Origin: Thalassobaculaceae bacterium | GTDB lineage: Bacteria > Pseudomonadota > Alphaproteobacteria > Thalassobaculales > Thalassobaculaceae | Length of the DNA: 64,000 nt | Direction of reading: 5' to 3' | Assembly (NCBI GenBank): GCA_965228875.1 | Contig: OZ245843.1 | Span: forward strand, 2,400,616-2,464,615 | Notes under the pieces: generated by a model | What the model was told of the DNA's origin: nothing | Databases searched by the model: none | What the model saw: only the letters and a program-made list of their open reading frames with translations | Made by a program: the position numbers and the translations under genes | In this document: piece by piece, positions 12,136 to 23,468 of the stretch | How the letters are laid out: each line of letters starts with the position of its first letter | Numbering within the stretch: position 1 is the first letter of the stretch

Positions 12136-12996
12136 TCAGGTGGCGCCGAATATCCAGCCCTCGCGCCGCGACTCGGGTTGACCGGCCGGCGCCGACCACA
12201 CCGCCGGGACGGTCGACAGCGCCCTCAGCGCGGCGGCGGACAGGACCGCGTCCACCTTGTCCTCTGTGTCCAGGTCCGGACCGGTGTATGGCGCGCTGCC
12301 ATAGGCGGCGAGGGTGGCGTCGATGCGGCCCGGGTCCTCGACGAGCTTCTCCGCCTTCACTCCCGCCTTGCGGACATAGAGCTTGGGATAGATCTCCGCG
12401 ACCGTGACCCGGGACGGCGGGGCGAAGGGCCATACCGCCACCCGGGTGTGCAACCGGTGCAGCAGTCGCATGCCGGCAAGCGATCCCGTGCCGACATTGG
12501 CGGCGGAGAACACCTTGAAGACGGGGTGGGGTTGCGCATCCGACGATGCCGCCAGTTCCGTCACCCGCCGGCGTTCGCGGAAGCTCGGCGGGCGCGGTCC
12601 CCCGGTCCAGTAGTGATCGCCGACCGGCGATCCCGGATCGCGGTACAGGGCGCCGCCATAGAGATCGGGCGCGTCGCCGGAATGCGCCTCGACGAACGCC
12701 CAGAGACCGGTAGCCTCATCCGGACCGCCCTCCAGCCCCGGGAAATAGGCGCCGCGGTCGGCGAAGGCGTAGGCAAAGGCGAAATCGATGCCGACCAGGG
12801 TCGGCACGTCGCGCAGGTCGAGGATCAGGTCGGCGACCGCCTCCCGCGACCAGAACCCGCCATCGCCGGGCAGCAGCAGCTCCGGCGCCGCCCCGCCGGC
12901 TTGGCAGACCGCCACCTGGATGCCTTTGAGCCGCTTCTGCCGGGCGCCGGACCAGTCGATGGCCACGAACCGATCGAAGGCCGGCGGCCGGGTCAT
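12136..12996 (-). CDS. Hypothetical protein, DUF429-like predicted RNase H-fold protein
   Basis: AIDWSGA, VGIDFAF, AEIYP, DxxDA and EGWIFG acidic motifs; ATGA overlap with rarA. Confidence 0.65.
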   Translation of the reverse strand: MTRPPAFDRFVAIDWSGARQKRLKGIQVAVCQAGGAAPELLLPGDGGFWSREAVADLILDLRDVPTLVGIDFAFAYAFADRGAYFPGLEGGPDEATGLWAFVEAHSGDAPDLYGGALYRDPGSPVGDHYWTGGPRPPSFRERRRVTELAASSDAQPHPVFKVFSAANVGTGSLAGMRLLHRLHTRVAVWPFAPPSRVTVAEIYPKLYVRKAGVKAEKLVEDPGRIDATLAAYGSAPYTGPDLDTEDKVDAVLSAAALRALSTVPAVWSAPAGQPESRREGWIFGAT

Positions 12997-14291
12997 TCCT
13001 CGTCGCCCTGGCGGCGCTTGTCTCGGAGCTTGTCGAAATAGTCGATGCGCTTGCGGATCTCGCGCTCAAAACCACGCTCCACCGGCGTGTAGAAACGCTG
13101 GCGCGGCATGCCGTCGGGGAAATAGTTCTGGCCGGAGAACCCGTCCTCGGCATCGTGATCGTAGGCGTAGCCGGCGCCGTAACCGAGATCCTGCATGAGC
13201 TTGGTCGGCGCGTTCAGAATATGCGCCGGCGGCATCAGCGAACCCGTATCCCTGGCCGCACGCTTCGCAATGCCATGCGCCTTGTACCCGGCATTGGATT
13301 TCGGCGCGGTGGCGAGATAGATCGCCAACTGGCTGAGCGCCAGGTCTCCTTCGGGCGAACCGAGCCTGTCGTAGGTCTCCCAGCAGGCGATGGCCTGGGA
13401 CACAGCCGACGGATCGGCCATGCCCACGTCCTCGATGGCGAAACGCGTGAGGCGGCGCAGGATGTATGCCGGGTCCTCGCCCCCCGCGAGCATCCGCGCG
13501 AGCCAGTAGAGTGCAGCGTCCGGATCCGAGCCGCGCATCGACTTGTGCAGGGCGCTGATCAGGTTGTAGTGCTCTTCGCGGTTCTTGTCGTAGACCGGCG
13601 CGCGGCGGTTGACGCCCGCCGCCACACCGGCGGCATCCAACGGCGCATGCGGCGCCAGTTCGAAGACCTCCTCGGCCATGTTCAGCAGGAACCGGCCATC
13701 GCCATCGGCCATGGCACGCAGGGTGGCGCGCCCGTCCTCGGTCACCGGCAGCGGCCGTCCCTCCTCCTCCGCCGCCCGGTCGAGCAGCCGGTCCAGTGCG
13801 GCGTCGTCCAGACGGCGCAGCACGAAGACCTGAGCGCGGGACAGCAGCGCTGCGTTAAGCTCGAAGCTGGGGTTCTCGGTGGTCGCGCCGACCAGGGTGA
13901 CCGTCCCGTCCTCGACGACCGGCAGGAATCCGTCCTGCTGCGCCCGGTTGAAACGGTGGATCTCGTCGACGAACAGCAGCGTGCCGCGCCCGGAGGCCCG
14001 AAGACCGCGCGCCCGTTCGAACGCCTTCTTCAGGTCGGCGACGCCGGAGAACACGGCGGAGAGGGGCACGAACTCGAGATCGGCCTTCTCCGACAGCAGA
14101 CGGGCAACGGTGGTCTTGCCGCAGCCGGGCGGCCCCCAGAGGATCATCGAGGCGAGCCGGCCCTTGGCCAGCATGCGGCCGATCGGCCCTTCCGGACCCA
14201 GCAGGTGGTCCTGGCCGACCACGTCCTCCAGCCGCGCCGGGCGGAGACGGTCGGCGAGTGGTCGCGGGGCCTGGCTCTCGAAGAGGCTCAT
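12993..14291 (-). CDS. rarA: Replication-associated recombination protein A (AAA+ ATPase)
   Basis: PLADRLRP, GPPGCGKTT, DEIHRFN, GATTENPSF, ISALHKSMRGSD. Confidence 0.96.
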   Translation of the reverse strand: MSLFESQAPRPLADRLRPARLEDVVGQDHLLGPEGPIGRMLAKGRLASMILWGPPGCGKTTVARLLSEKADLEFVPLSAVFSGVADLKKAFERARGLRASGRGTLLFVDEIHRFNRAQQDGFLPVVEDGTVTLVGATTENPSFELNAALLSRAQVFVLRRLDDAALDRLLDRAAEEEGRPLPVTEDGRATLRAMADGDGRFLLNMAEEVFELAPHAPLDAAGVAAGVNRRAPVYDKNREEHYNLISALHKSMRGSDPDAALYWLARMLAGGEDPAYILRRLTRFAIEDVGMADPSAVSQAIACWETYDRLGSPEGDLALSQLAIYLATAPKSNAGYKAHGIAKRAARDTGSLMPPAHILNAPTKLMQDLGYGAGYAYDHDAEDGFSGQNYFPDGMPRQRFYTPVERGFEREIRKRIDYFDKLRDKRRQGDEE

Positions 14292-14300
14292 GCGGCCGCC

Positions 14301-15761
14301 CTAACCCTGGACACGCGTGGTGAGCACCTTGCCGTCGCGACGGATCGACAGCTCCCATCCGCCGCGTCGGTCCGACAGCACGCGCCGCAGGTCGCCGACG
14401 CTGTCGATGTCCACGCCGTTGACGCGCACGATCACGTCGCCCCGGCGCAGGCCGATCTGGTCGGCGGCCGATCCCCGGCGCAGCCCGAGAACCACGACGC
14501 CCCGGGCCATCTCGTCGAAGCTCTCGCGGATCGCCAGCGCCGGCGAGAGATTGGCCACGCGGCTGCCGGAGAACGGGTGGCGCCCGGACAGGTCGGCCAC
14601 GTCCGCCGGCGGATCCTCCGCCGGGGGCTCCATCGCCAGGGCAAGGTCCCGCTGCGCGCCGCCGCGCACGATGCGGATCGACACATCCTCGCCCGGCGCG
14701 CGGGTGGCCACCCGGTAGCGCAGGGCCCCGCTGTCGACCACCTCGCGCCCGTCGATGGCGACGATCACGTCGCCCGGCTCAATCCCGGCCCGCTCCGCCG
14801 GGCCGTCGGGATAGATGGCGTTCACCAGGGCGCCGACCGGACGTTTCAGCCCAAGGCCGTCGGCGAGTTCGGGGGTCACCGTCTGGGTGCGGGCGCCGAG
14901 CCAGGGACGCACCACCGCACCGTCGCGCGCGGCCCGAAGCACGGTGGCCACCATGTTCGATGGCACCGCGAACCCGATGCCGACCGACCCGCCGCCGCCC
15001 GGCCCCCGCTTGTTGGAGTAGATCGCAGTGTTGACTCCCACCAGGCGACCGTCGGTGCCGATCAGCGCGCCGCCGGAGTTCCCAGGGTTGATCGACGCGT
15101 CGGTCTGGATGAAGAAGCTGTAGTCGGTGATGCCGACATTGGTGCGTGCGAGTGCCGAGACGATCCCCATCGTCACGGTCTGGCCGACACCGAACGGGTT
15201 TCCGATCGCCAGCACCAGGTCGCCCACCTCCAGGTCGTCGGAATCCTCGAACCGGACAAAGGGGAGAGGCTCGTCCACGCCATCGATCGCCAGCACCGCC
15301 AGGTCGGTGTCGGGATCCGCCAGGATCAGCCGCGCCTTGAACTCCCGCCGGTCATTCAGCACGACAGTGATCTCGTCGGCCCCTTCGATGACGTGATTGT
15401 TCGTCACCACCGTGCCGTCGGCGTCGACGATCACGCCGGAACCGAGCGAGGTCGCTTCGCGCCTGCGCTGCGGCAACGACGGCACCAGATCGCCGAAGAA
15501 CCGCTTGAAGAACGGGTCGTCGAACAGAGGGGAGATCCCACGCCGCTCGGCGACGACGGTGCGGGTGTACACGTTGACGACGGCGGGTCCGACCTCGCGC
15601 ACCAGAGGTGCGAAACTGAGCGTGATCTCGCCGCGGTCGCGGGGCACCACGTCGTCCGCCGCCCCGCGCGGCGCCGCAACAAGCGCCAGCACGCAGAATC
15701 CCGCAACCGCACACAAAGCCCGCAATCCCGAGACCCGAGTAATCGTCATCGGTCTCCGCAC
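14301..15761 (-). CDS. degQ: Do/DegQ family periplasmic serine endoprotease with two PDZ domains
   Basis: Signal peptide, [30 protein letters not shown], two PDZ domains. Start could be 15749. Confidence 0.92.
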   Translation of the reverse strand: MRRPMTITRVSGLRALCAVAGFCVLALVAAPRGAADDVVPRDRGEITLSFAPLVREVGPAVVNVYTRTVVAERRGISPLFDDPFFKRFFGDLVPSLPQRRREATSLGSGVIVDADGTVVTNNHVIEGADEITVVLNDRREFKARLILADPDTDLAVLAIDGVDEPLPFVRFEDSDDLEVGDLVLAIGNPFGVGQTVTMGIVSALARTNVGITDYSFFIQTDASINPGNSGGALIGTDGRLVGVNTAIYSNKRGPGGGGSVGIGFAVPSNMVATVLRAARDGAVVRPWLGARTQTVTPELADGLGLKRPVGALVNAIYPDGPAERAGIEPGDVIVAIDGREVVDSGALRYRVATRAPGEDVSIRIVRGGAQRDLALAMEPPAEDPPADVADLSGRHPFSGSRVANLSPALAIRESFDEMARGVVVLGLRRGSAADQIGLRRGDVIVRVNGVDIDSVGDLRRVLSDRRGGWELSIRRDGKVLTTRVQG

Positions 15762-15807
15762 CCTTCCAGTCTTGTTGTCGCGCCGAACAGCTGTGTTAGG
15801 CTTCCCA

Positions 15808-15835
15808 ATCTAGGGAGTCCAGCCGCAGGCGCCAG
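15808..15835 (-). promoter_or_regulatory. Possible RpoH-type promoter for the degQ-rarA cluster (CTGG-N17-CCTAGAT)
   Basis: Resembles alphaproteobacterial RpoH consensus CTTG-N17-CCTATAT; motif match only. Confidence 0.3.
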
Positions 15836-15884
15836 AGGGCGCGGCAGAGCGGGGATGACCGCGATGGAAAAAGGGGGGCGCGGG

Positions 15885-17030
15885 ATGACTGACGCGCCGA
15901 AGCCTCGGAACAGGCCCCTGGACCGCGCCCGCCGGGCCGCCCAGGAGATTGCCGACCAGATCCCGGAGCCGACCGACCTGGCCGCCGCCCGAACGGCGTT
16001 CCAGCACCTGCTGGACGTGGCGGAGCGGTATCCGGAGACGGACGGCCTGATCCGGGTCGCAGTCTGCGGCGCCACCCGGTACATGGCGATCGGCCGACGG
16101 ATCGGCGACATCGCGATGGTACGGGACGCGCACCTGTTCCTGGCGATGCTGTCGCTGCGGGACGACCAGGATCCCCTGCCCCATCGGGCATTCGCCGAGG
16201 CATCGATCGACCTGATGCTGGTCGAGGCACAGCAGACCGGTTTTCCGCGCGCGCTGGACACATACATGACGGTGGTGGCGATCAGTCGGGCGCGCAGCAA
16301 CGATCCCGACATCGCCTGCACCCACGCCAAGGGCGCCGCAAACCTCGTGGCCCTCGCCCTCGAGGCCGACGCACCGGCGGAAGCCGACCGGGCACTCGCC
16401 GATCTGGCCCGCCTCGAGGCCGCGCAGCCGCACACCCTGCCGGTCCGACAGCAGCGCGGACGCGGCCTTTTCAATCGCGTCGCCCATGCGGCCCGGCGAA
16501 CTGAACGCGAGGACATCGCCCTGGACGTCACCGGATTGTCGGAGCTGGCGGACCTGATCGAGGTCGCCCGCCGATCGCCGGTCGATGCCGATCTGGTCGA
16601 GCTCGCGGCCGAGGGCATCTTCGCTTTCGTGACCGGTCTCGGCACACGCGGCGAGATCGAACTCGCCCGCAGACACTACGAGGATCTGGCCGCCCTGGCC
16701 CAACTGCCGGAATCCAGCGCGGGCGTGCGCCGGCGGCTGGCCGACGCGGCCTTCAACCTGATCACCGACCTGTGCGAAATGAACGAACCCGACGTCGCCA
16801 CGGTGCTCTATGGCGACCTTTCCGGCCTGTCCGTCGCCCATGACGACGACCGGTCGATCTGCCTGGCCCACGCCAAGGCCGCGGCAAACCTGGCCCTGAC
16901 CCACCGCGACCGCGGCGACCACGCGGCGGCGGAAATCATCTGCGACGACCTGCGCGGCATCGTCCTCGCCAATCCGGACGACATGGAGCTTCTGGAGGTC
17001 GCCACCTTCCTGGATCTGGCGGACAGTTGA
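15885..17030 (+). CDS. Hypothetical alpha-helical (TPR-like) repeat protein
   Basis: C-terminal coding part of ORF 13155..17030. Recurring ~44-aa unit ending A(K/D/E)(A/G)A(A/F)NL; ATG 15885 follows a purine-rich SD (alternative starts 15855, 15864). Confidence 0.8.
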   Translation: MTDAPKPRNRPLDRARRAAQEIADQIPEPTDLAAARTAFQHLLDVAERYPETDGLIRVAVCGATRYMAIGRRIGDIAMVRDAHLFLAMLSLRDDQDPLPHRAFAEASIDLMLVEAQQTGFPRALDTYMTVVAISRARSNDPDIACTHAKGAANLVALALEADAPAEADRALADLARLEAAQPHTLPVRQQRGRGLFNRVAHAARRTEREDIALDVTGLSELADLIEVARRSPVDADLVELAAEGIFAFVTGLGTRGEIELARRHYEDLAALAQLPESSAGVRRRLADAAFNLITDLCEMNEPDVATVLYGDLSGLSVAHDDDRSICLAHAKAAANLALTHRDRGDHAAAEIICDDLRGIVLANPDDMELLEVATFLDLADS

Positions 17031-17039
17031 GCGTCCACG

Positions 17040-17064
17040 AAAAAGGGCGGCCCGAAGGCCGCCC
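17040..17064 (-). terminator. Intrinsic terminator after rplQ
   Basis: Minus strand GGGCGGCC-TTCG-GGCCGCCC followed by TTTTT. Confidence 0.85.
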
Positions 17065-17089
17065 CGTTCTCAACGCAGTCGCCTGACGG

Positions 17090-17527
17090 TCAGATGGCCG
17101 CCGGCATCGCCGCGCCGTATTCCTCTTCGACCACCTGGACCGGACCCGAATCCTGACCACGGGCATCCTCGTCGCGATCGACCAGTTCGATGACCGCCAT
17201 CGGGGCGGCATCGCCGTAGCGGAACCCGGCCTTGAGCACGCGGGTGTAACCGCCCGGACGCTCCTTGTAGCGGTCGGCCAGAACCTCGAACAGCTTGCGG
17301 GTCATCGCGTCGTCGCGCAGCTTGTTGAACACAAGCCGACGGGCGTGCAGGTCGCCCCGCTTGGCCAGCGTGATCATCTTCTCGACCACCGGGCGCAGTT
17401 CCTTCGCCTTCGGCAGCGTTGTGACGATCTGCTCGTGCTTGATCAGGGCCGCTGCCATGTTCTTGAACATCGCCTTGCGGTGGGCCGCCGTGCGATGCAG
17501 CTTGCGGCCGCTATTGCCGTGACGCAT
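17090..17527 (-). CDS. rplQ: 50S ribosomal protein L17
   Basis: [27 protein letters not shown]. Confidence 0.98.
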   Translation of the reverse strand: MRHGNSGRKLHRTAAHRKAMFKNMAAALIKHEQIVTTLPKAKELRPVVEKMITLAKRGDLHARRLVFNKLRDDAMTRKLFEVLADRYKERPGGYTRVLKAGFRYGDAAPMAVIELVDRDEDARGQDSGPVQVVEEEYGAAMPAAI

Positions 17528-17566
17528 CTCTCGATCTCCTCGTTCTCGCCTGGTCTACCGCGCGCC

Positions 17567-18583
17567 TCAGAAAGGCTCTTCCAGACGCTTGGCCAGTTCC
17601 TCGATGTTCTCCGGCGGCCAGTTGGTGATTTCCATGCCAAGCGACAGCCCCATCGAGGCCAGCACTTCCTTGATCTCGTTCAGCGACTTGCGCCCGAAGT
17701 TCGGCGTGCGCAGCATCTCCGGCTCGGTCTTCTGAACCAGGTCGCCGATATAGACGATGTTGTCGTTCTTCAGGCAGTTCGCCGAGCGGACCGACAGCTC
17801 CAGCTCGTCGACCTTGCGCAGCAGGTTCTTGTTGAACGGCAGATCGTGGGTCTCTTCCTCGGCGCCGCGCTGTGTCGGCTCCTCGAAATTGATGAACAGC
17901 TGCAACTGGTCCTGAAGGATGCGCGCGGCGTAGGCCACGGCGTCGTCCGGCGTCAGCGAGCCGTCGGTCTCGACGGTCATCGACAGCTTGTCGTAGTCCG
18001 TCACCTGCCCGACGCGGGTGTTGTCCACCTTGTAGGCGACCTGCCGCACCGGGCTGAAAATCGCGTCCACCGGGATCAGGCCGATCGGCGCGTCCTCCGG
18101 ACGGTTCGCCGACGCCGGGACGTACCCCTTGCCGGTCTCGACCGTCAGTTCCATCGACAGGGTGGCGTCGCGGTCCAGCGTGCAGATCACGTGATCCGGG
18201 TTCATGATCTCGATGTCGGAGACGGTCTCGATCTGACCCGCGGTGACCTCGCCCGGCCCTTCGGCCTTCAGGCGCATCTTCTTCGGGCCTTCGCCATGCA
18301 TCCGGATGGCGACCGCCTTGATGTTCAGCACCATGTCGGTCACGTCCTCGCGCACGCCCGGCACGCTCGAGAACTCGTGCAGAACGCCGTCGATCTGGAT
18401 CGCGGTGACTGCCGCACCCTGAAGAGACGACAGCAGCACGCGTCGCAGCGCGTTACCCAGCGTGAGGCCGAAGCCCCGCTCCAGCGGCTCAGCGACGATG
18501 GTGGCCTTGCGCTTGGGGTCGTAGCCCGCCTGGACATCGAGCTTGTTCGGCTTAATCAACGTCTGCCAGTTCTTTTGAATCAC
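17567..18583 (-). CDS. rpoA: RNA polymerase alpha subunit
   Basis: [37 protein letters not shown]. Confidence 0.99.
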   Translation of the reverse strand: MIQKNWQTLIKPNKLDVQAGYDPKRKATIVAEPLERGFGLTLGNALRRVLLSSLQGAAVTAIQIDGVLHEFSSVPGVREDVTDMVLNIKAVAIRMHGEGPKKMRLKAEGPGEVTAGQIETVSDIEIMNPDHVICTLDRDATLSMELTVETGKGYVPASANRPEDAPIGLIPVDAIFSPVRQVAYKVDNTRVGQVTDYDKLSMTVETDGSLTPDDAVAYAARILQDQLQLFINFEEPTQRGAEEETHDLPFNKNLLRKVDELELSVRSANCLKNDNIVYIGDLVQKTEPEMLRTPNFGRKSLNEIKEVLASMGLSLGMEITNWPPENIEELAKRLEEPF

Positions 18584-18710
18584 GGCTCAACCCTCGTTCT
18601 AGATACGGCGATCCCGCCGGCGAAGCGGACCAGGTCCGGCTGCGACCGACGGGGCTCGTATGCCTGCGGGACCTCGCGGATATCCACGGCCCCGGCGCGC
18701 GTTCCGGGCG

Positions 18711-19106
18711 TCAGACCCGACGGCGCTTGCGCGGCCGGCACCCGTTGTGCGGGATCGGCGTCACGTCCCGGATCGACATCACCTGGAAGCCGACGGACTG
18801 CAGCGCCCGCAGGGCCGACTCGCGGCCCGAACCCGGCCCGCAAACCTCGACGTCCAGGGTCTTCATGCCGTGTTCCGCCGCCTTGCGACCGGCATCCTCC
18901 GCCGCCACCTGGGCGGCGTAGGGGGTCGACTTACGCGAGCCCTTAAACCCCATGTGACCGGCCGACGACCAGGAAATGGCATTGCCCTGGGCATCGGTAA
19001 TGGTGATCATGGTGTTGTTGAACGACGCGTTCACATGCGCGACGCCAGAGGTGATGTTCTTCTTTTCGCGGCGGCGAACGCGCGTCTGCGTCGGTTGCTT
19101 AGCCAT
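18711..19106 (-). CDS. rpsK: 30S ribosomal protein S11
   Basis: [28 protein letters not shown]. Confidence 0.99.
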   Translation of the reverse strand: MAKQPTQTRVRRREKKNITSGVAHVNASFNNTMITITDAQGNAISWSSAGHMGFKGSRKSTPYAAQVAAEDAGRKAAEHGMKTLDVEVCGPGSGRESALRALQSVGFQVMSIRDVTPIPHNGCRPRKRRRV

Positions 19107-19181
19107 CGTCTTCCGTCTCCTGATACGCCCCGGGGCCGGCCTTCCGTAGGAGGGAGCCTGCGGGTACCGCTCCTAGGGTCG

Positions 19182-19550
19182 TTACTTCTTCTTGCCGGCG
19201 ATCGGCTTCGCCGGGCCCTTGCGGGTCCGTGCGTTCGTGTGGGTGCGCTGGCCGCGGACCGGAAGGCCCTTGCGGTGACGCAGACCGCGGTAGCAGCCGA
19301 GGTCCATGAGCCGCTTGATGCTCATCGACGTCTGGCGACGCAGGTCACCCTCGACGACCAGGTCGCTGTCGATGGTCTCGCGCAGCCGCGACAGCTCGTC
19401 CTCGGTCATCTCGTGAACCCGACGCTCGGCAGGGATGCCGACCTGGGCACAGATGCGACCGGCGGTCGTCTGCCCGATGCCGTGAATGTAGGTCAACGCG
19501 ACAACGACGCGTTTTTGCGTCGGGATGTTCACACCAGCGATGCGCGCCAC
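19182..19550 (-). CDS. rpsM: 30S ribosomal protein S13
   Basis: GTG start, [27 protein letters not shown]. Confidence 0.98.
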   Translation of the reverse strand: MARIAGVNIPTQKRVVVALTYIHGIGQTTAGRICAQVGIPAERRVHEMTEDELSRLRETIDSDLVVEGDLRRQTSMSIKRLMDLGCYRGLRHRKGLPVRGQRTHTNARTRKGPAKPIAGKKK

Positions 19551-19662
19551 GCCTATTCTCCTCACTCAAGTTCGGGGCGGTCCAAACACCAAACGCGCCC
19601 CGCACAAGGAACCCTTGGCTCCTCGTCGGCCCGCGCAAGACATCCGCTAATCAGGGGCGCGG

Positions 19663-19690
19663 AGTATAGTCACGCTTGGACCGAAGTCAA
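19663..19690 (-). promoter_or_regulatory. Sigma70 promoter of the alpha (rpsM) operon
   Basis: TTGACT-N16-TATACT on the minus strand upstream of rpsM. Confidence 0.7.
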
Positions 19691-19749
19691 TCTCTGAAAC
19701 CCATTCCGACGGCCCTCGCGTCAGTCGGATTTACGCTCAATCGTACAGT

Positions 19750-20313
19750 TCAGGCGGCCAGGGTCTTCTCCAGGTCCGCCGTGACCTCATCCATCGACTG
19801 CATCCCGTCGATGGTCTTCAACGCACCCTTCCCCTGGTAGTGGGGAATGATCGGCGCGGTCTGATCGCGGTAGACATCCATGCGCTTGCGCAGGGTCTCC
19901 TCGTTGTCGTCGCTGCGCCCCTCTTCGGCGGCGCGCTTGAGGATCCGGTCGATCATCCGATCCTCGTCGACCTTGAACTCGATCACGTGGTCGATCTTCA
20001 GCCCCTTGGACGCAAGCATCGAATCCAACGCTTCGGCCTGTGCGACGTTCCGCGGAAAGCCGTCTAGGATGAACCCCCTGGCGCAGTCCGGCTGATCGAC
20101 CCGCTCGGAGATCATCCGGACCATGATGTCGTCGGACACGAGCTGGCCCGCATCCATGACCGCCTTGGCTTCCTTGCCGATGTCCGAACCCGAGGCGACA
20201 GCCGCCCGCAGCATGTCACCCGTCGACAACTGCTTGACGCCGAACTTCTCTTCCAGGCGCTTGGCCTGGGTGCCCTTGCCGGCCCCCGGCGGGCCCAAAA
20301 GGATCAGGTTCAT
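19750..20313 (-). CDS. adk: Adenylate kinase (short-LID type)
   Basis: [24 protein letters not shown], RxDD. Confidence 0.97.
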   Translation of the reverse strand: MNLILLGPPGAGKGTQAKRLEEKFGVKQLSTGDMLRAAVASGSDIGKEAKAVMDAGQLVSDDIMVRMISERVDQPDCARGFILDGFPRNVAQAEALDSMLASKGLKIDHVIEFKVDEDRMIDRILKRAAEEGRSDDNEETLRKRMDVYRDQTAPIIPHYQGKGALKTIDGMQSMDEVTADLEKTLAA

Positions 20314-21659
20314 CCTCGTCTCCCCCGGATCTTCGACTTCTTGATCAGTCCCTCATACTGGTGCGCCAGGAGATGGGACTGAATCTGGGTCACCGTGTCC
20401 ATGGTAACCGTGCAGACGATCAGCAGGCTGGTCCCGCCGAAATAGAACGGCACGGAATACTGGCTGATCAGAATTTCCGGCAGCACGCAAACGAAGGCCA
20501 GATAGGCGGCGCCGATCACCGTGAGGCGCGTGAGCACGAAATCGAGATAGTCGGCGGTGTTCTTGCCCGGCCGGATGCCCGGCACGAACCCGCCGTACTT
20601 GCGCAAGTTCTCGGCCGTCTCCTGCGGATTGAACACGATCGCGGTGTAGAAGAACGCGAAGAACACGATCAACCCGACATAGAGCGCGATGTAGAGCGGC
20701 TGGCCATGCCCGAGCAGCGCCGTAACCTGGGTCAGCCACTCCGGACCGCCACCGCCCGCGGAGAAGCTGGCGACCGTAATCGGCATGAGCAGAAGCGACG
20801 ACGCGAAGATCGGCGGAATCACGCCCGAAACGTTGATCTTAAGCGGCAGGTGCGAGCTCTCGCCGCCCATCATGCGGTTGCCGACCTGTCGCTTCGGATA
20901 CTGCACCAGGATCCGACGCTGGGATCGCTCGATGAAGCAGATGAAGGCAATCACCGCGACCGCCATGACCAGCAGGAACAGGATGATCAGGGTCGGCAGC
21001 GCGCCGGTCCGGCCAAGCTCGAAGATGCTGGCGAGGGCTGACGGCAGGTTGGCCACGATGCCCGAGAAGATGATCAGGGAGATGCCGTTTCCGACGCCCC
21101 GGGCGGTGATCTGCTCGCCCAACCACATCAGGAAGATCGTGCCGCCGACCAGGGTGATGACCGTCGTGGCGCGGAAGAACGCGCCCGGATCGATCACCGC
21201 CGACGTGCCGCTGGGACCGGGCAACGACTCCAGCCCAACTGCAATCCCGTACGCCTGGAAGGTGGCGAGCAGGACTGTCAGGTAGCGGGTATACTGGTTG
21301 ATCTTCTTACGGCCGACCTCGCCCTCCTTCTTGAGGGCCTCCAGGTTCGGGCTCACCGCCGTCATCAGCTGCATGATGATGGCCGCCGAGATGTACGGCA
21401 TGATGTTCAACGCGAAGATCGTCATCCGACCGAGCGCGCCGCCCGAGAACATGTTGAAGATGTCGAGAACGCCGCCCGACGTCTGCTGGAAGATCTCGTT
21501 CAGGATGCCGGGATCAATGCCCGGGACCGGGATGTAGGTCCCCAGCCGATAGACGATGAGCGCACCCAGCGTGAACCAGATGCGCTTCTTGAGTTCGGTC
21601 GCCTTGCCGAAGGCACCGAAGTTCATCTGCGAGGCGAATTGGTCGGCACCGGTGGCCAT
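20310..21659 (-). CDS. secY: Preprotein translocase subunit SecY
   Basis: [50 protein letters not shown]. Confidence 0.99.
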   Translation of the reverse strand: MATGADQFASQMNFGAFGKATELKKRIWFTLGALIVYRLGTYIPVPGIDPGILNEIFQQTSGGVLDIFNMFSGGALGRMTIFALNIMPYISAAIIMQLMTAVSPNLEALKKEGEVGRKKINQYTRYLTVLLATFQAYGIAVGLESLPGPSGTSAVIDPGAFFRATTVITLVGGTIFLMWLGEQITARGVGNGISLIIFSGIVANLPSALASIFELGRTGALPTLIILFLLVMAVAVIAFICFIERSQRRILVQYPKRQVGNRMMGGESSHLPLKINVSGVIPPIFASSLLLMPITVASFSAGGGGPEWLTQVTALLGHGQPLYIALYVGLIVFFAFFYTAIVFNPQETAENLRKYGGFVPGIRPGKNTADYLDFVLTRLTVIGAAYLAFVCVLPEILISQYSVPFYFGGTSLLIVCTVTMDTVTQIQSHLLAHQYEGLIKKSKIRGRRG

Positions 21660-21728
21660 GACTGCGTCCTAGCGTCTGAGGCTGAGCCCGCGCCCCGGAG
21701 TGCCGGGGCCCGGACGATCAGAAGCGGG

Positions 21729-22217
21729 TTATTCCGCCGTCTCTTCCGCCTTCGGGGCAATGCGCGTCGTCACCGACCCGCCCGCCTTCTCGACGGCCGC
21801 GACCGCCGCCTTCGACGCGGCAGCCACGGAGATCTCCACTTTGGCGGTCAGTTCGCCCTTTGCAAGCAGGCGCACGCCGTCCTTCGCACCGTCGGCCAGG
21901 CCGGCCGCCTTCAGGGCGGCCTCGTCGATCGTCGCGGCGGCGTCGAGCCGGCCGGCGTCGATCGCGGACTGCAGGCGACCGAGGTTCACCACGTCAAAGC
22001 GCTTGGTGAAGTTGTAGTTGTTGAAGCCGCGCTTCGGCAAGCGCCGATAGATCGGCATCTGGCCGCCTTCGAAGCCATTGATGGCCACGCCGCTCCGCGC
22101 CTTCTGACCCTTGTGGCCCTTGCCGCTGGTCTTGCCGAGGCCCGACCCCGTGCCGCGGCCGACGCGCTTGCGCGGCCGGGTCGCGCCCTCGTTGTCTCTC
22201 AGCTCGTTCAGTCGCAT
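21729..22217 (-). CDS. rplO: 50S ribosomal protein L15
   Basis: RVGRGxGSGxGKT..GHKGQ..FEGGQMP. Confidence 0.98.
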   Translation of the reverse strand: MRLNELRDNEGATRPRKRVGRGTGSGLGKTSGKGHKGQKARSGVAINGFEGGQMPIYRRLPKRGFNNYNFTKRFDVVNLGRLQSAIDAGRLDAAATIDEAALKAAGLADGAKDGVRLLAKGELTAKVEISVAAASKAAVAAVEKAGGSVTTRIAPKAEETAE

Positions 22218-22290
22218 CGTTCAGTCCTCGTCTCGACATCCGGTTCGCCGCGTCGGAGAGGCTCCGACGCCGGCCGTCATCACCGGTTGA

Positions 22291-22482
22291 TTACGCCTGA
22301 TCGACCACTTCGACCAGATGCTTCACCTTCTCGATCATGCCCCGCACGGCAGGTGTGTCCTCCAGCGTGCGCTCGCGATTCAGCTTTCCGAGGCCAAGGC
22401 CCGTCAGCGTCGCGATCTGATCCTTCTTGCGGCCGAGACCGCTGCGGACCTGCCGCACGGTGACCGTCGCTTTCGTCGCCAT
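22291..22482 (-). CDS. rpmD: 50S ribosomal protein L30
   Basis: TLx[13 protein letters not shown]; synteny. Confidence 0.96.
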   Translation of the reverse strand: MATKATVTVRQVRSGLGRKKDQIATLTGLGLGKLNRERTLEDTPAVRGMIEKVKHLVEVVDQA

Positions 22483-22506
22483 CTTCCGCCTCCGTCGCTC
22501 TGCCGA

Positions 22507-23082
22507 TTACTCGGCGGTGGCAGCGGCTTCCGCCGCCTCACCCTGGGTGTCGCGGCCGAAGATCTCCGCAACCTTCTTGCCGCGCTTGGCGGCGATGGAC
22601 CGCGGCGCATGAACGTTGCGCAGCGCCTCGAAGGTCGCCTTGATCATATTGTGCGGGTTGGAGGTACCGATCGACTTGGCGACCACGTCCTGCACACCCA
22701 GCGCCTCGAAGATGGCGCGCATCGGACCGCCGGCGATGATGCCGGTACCGGCCGGAGCGGCCCGCAGATGCACCCGCCCGGCGCCGAAGCGACCGTTGAT
22801 GTCGTGGTGCAACGTCCGGCCCTCGCGCAGCGGCACCCGGATCATCGAGCGCTTGGCCTGCTCGGTCGCCTTGCGGATCGCTTCCGGCACCTCGCGGGCC
22901 TTGCCGGCGCCATGGCCGACCCGACCGCGCTGATCACCGACGACAACGATCGCCGCGAAGCCGAAGCGCCGGCCGCCCTTGACCACCTTGGCCACGCGGT
23001 TGATGCCGACCAGCTTCTCGATGAGATCGCTGTCTTCACGATCACGATCGCGATTGCGATCCCGCCTGTCCTCACGTGCCAT
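22507..23082 (-). CDS. rpsE: 30S ribosomal protein S5
   Basis: [32 protein letters not shown]. Confidence 0.99.
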   Translation of the reverse strand: MAREDRRDRNRDRDREDSDLIEKLVGINRVAKVVKGGRRFGFAAIVVVGDQRGRVGHGAGKAREVPEAIRKATEQAKRSMIRVPLREGRTLHHDINGRFGAGRVHLRAAPAGTGIIAGGPMRAIFEALGVQDVVAKSIGTSNPHNMIKATFEALRNVHAPRSIAAKRGKKVAEIFGRDTQGEAAEAAATAE

Positions 23083-23095
23083 GTCTTGGCCCCTC

Positions 23096-23458
23096 TTAGA
23101 ACTTCAGACCGGCTTCGCGCGCCGCATCCGCAAGCGCCTTCACCCGGCCGTGATAGATGTAGCCGCCGCGGTCGAACACCACGTCGCTCAGCCCCTTCTC
23201 GATGGCCCGCGTCGCCACGAGCTTGCCGACCGCTTCCGCCGCCGCCTTGTCGGCGCCGGTCTTCAGCGAGGACTTGAGCTCCTTATCGAGCGTCGAGGCC
23301 GAAGCCAGCGTCACGCCCGCAGTGTCGTCGATGACCTGGGCATAGATATGCTTGGACGAGCGGAACACCGACAGTCGCGGCCGCCCACCCGCCTTGCGGC
23401 GCAGCTGCGTACGGCTGCGCATCTGGCGGCGCTTGAACAGATCCTTGGACGAAAGCAT
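23096..23458 (-). CDS. rplR: 50S ribosomal protein L18
   Basis: [26 protein letters not shown]. Confidence 0.98.
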   Translation of the reverse strand: MLSSKDLFKRRQMRSRTQLRRKAGGRPRLSVFRSSKHIYAQVIDDTAGVTLASASTLDKELKSSLKTGADKAAAEAVGKLVATRAIEKGLSDVVFDRGGYIYHGRVKALADAAREAGLKF

Positions 23459-23468
23459 CGCCGAACTC

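Noticed and set aside
12120..12200. Fluoride riboswitch upstream of crcB
   Set aside because: Only 15 bp separate crcB from the upstream gene, and no riboswitch consensus is seen.
13155..15884. N-terminal ~900 aa of the 1291-aa ORF 13155..17030
   Set aside because: Antisense to rarA and degQ; only the part from about 15885 looks coding.
19566..20313. Absence of rpmJ, infA and rpsD from the spc/alpha region; short-LID adk
   Set aside because: Ordinary for alphaproteobacteria.
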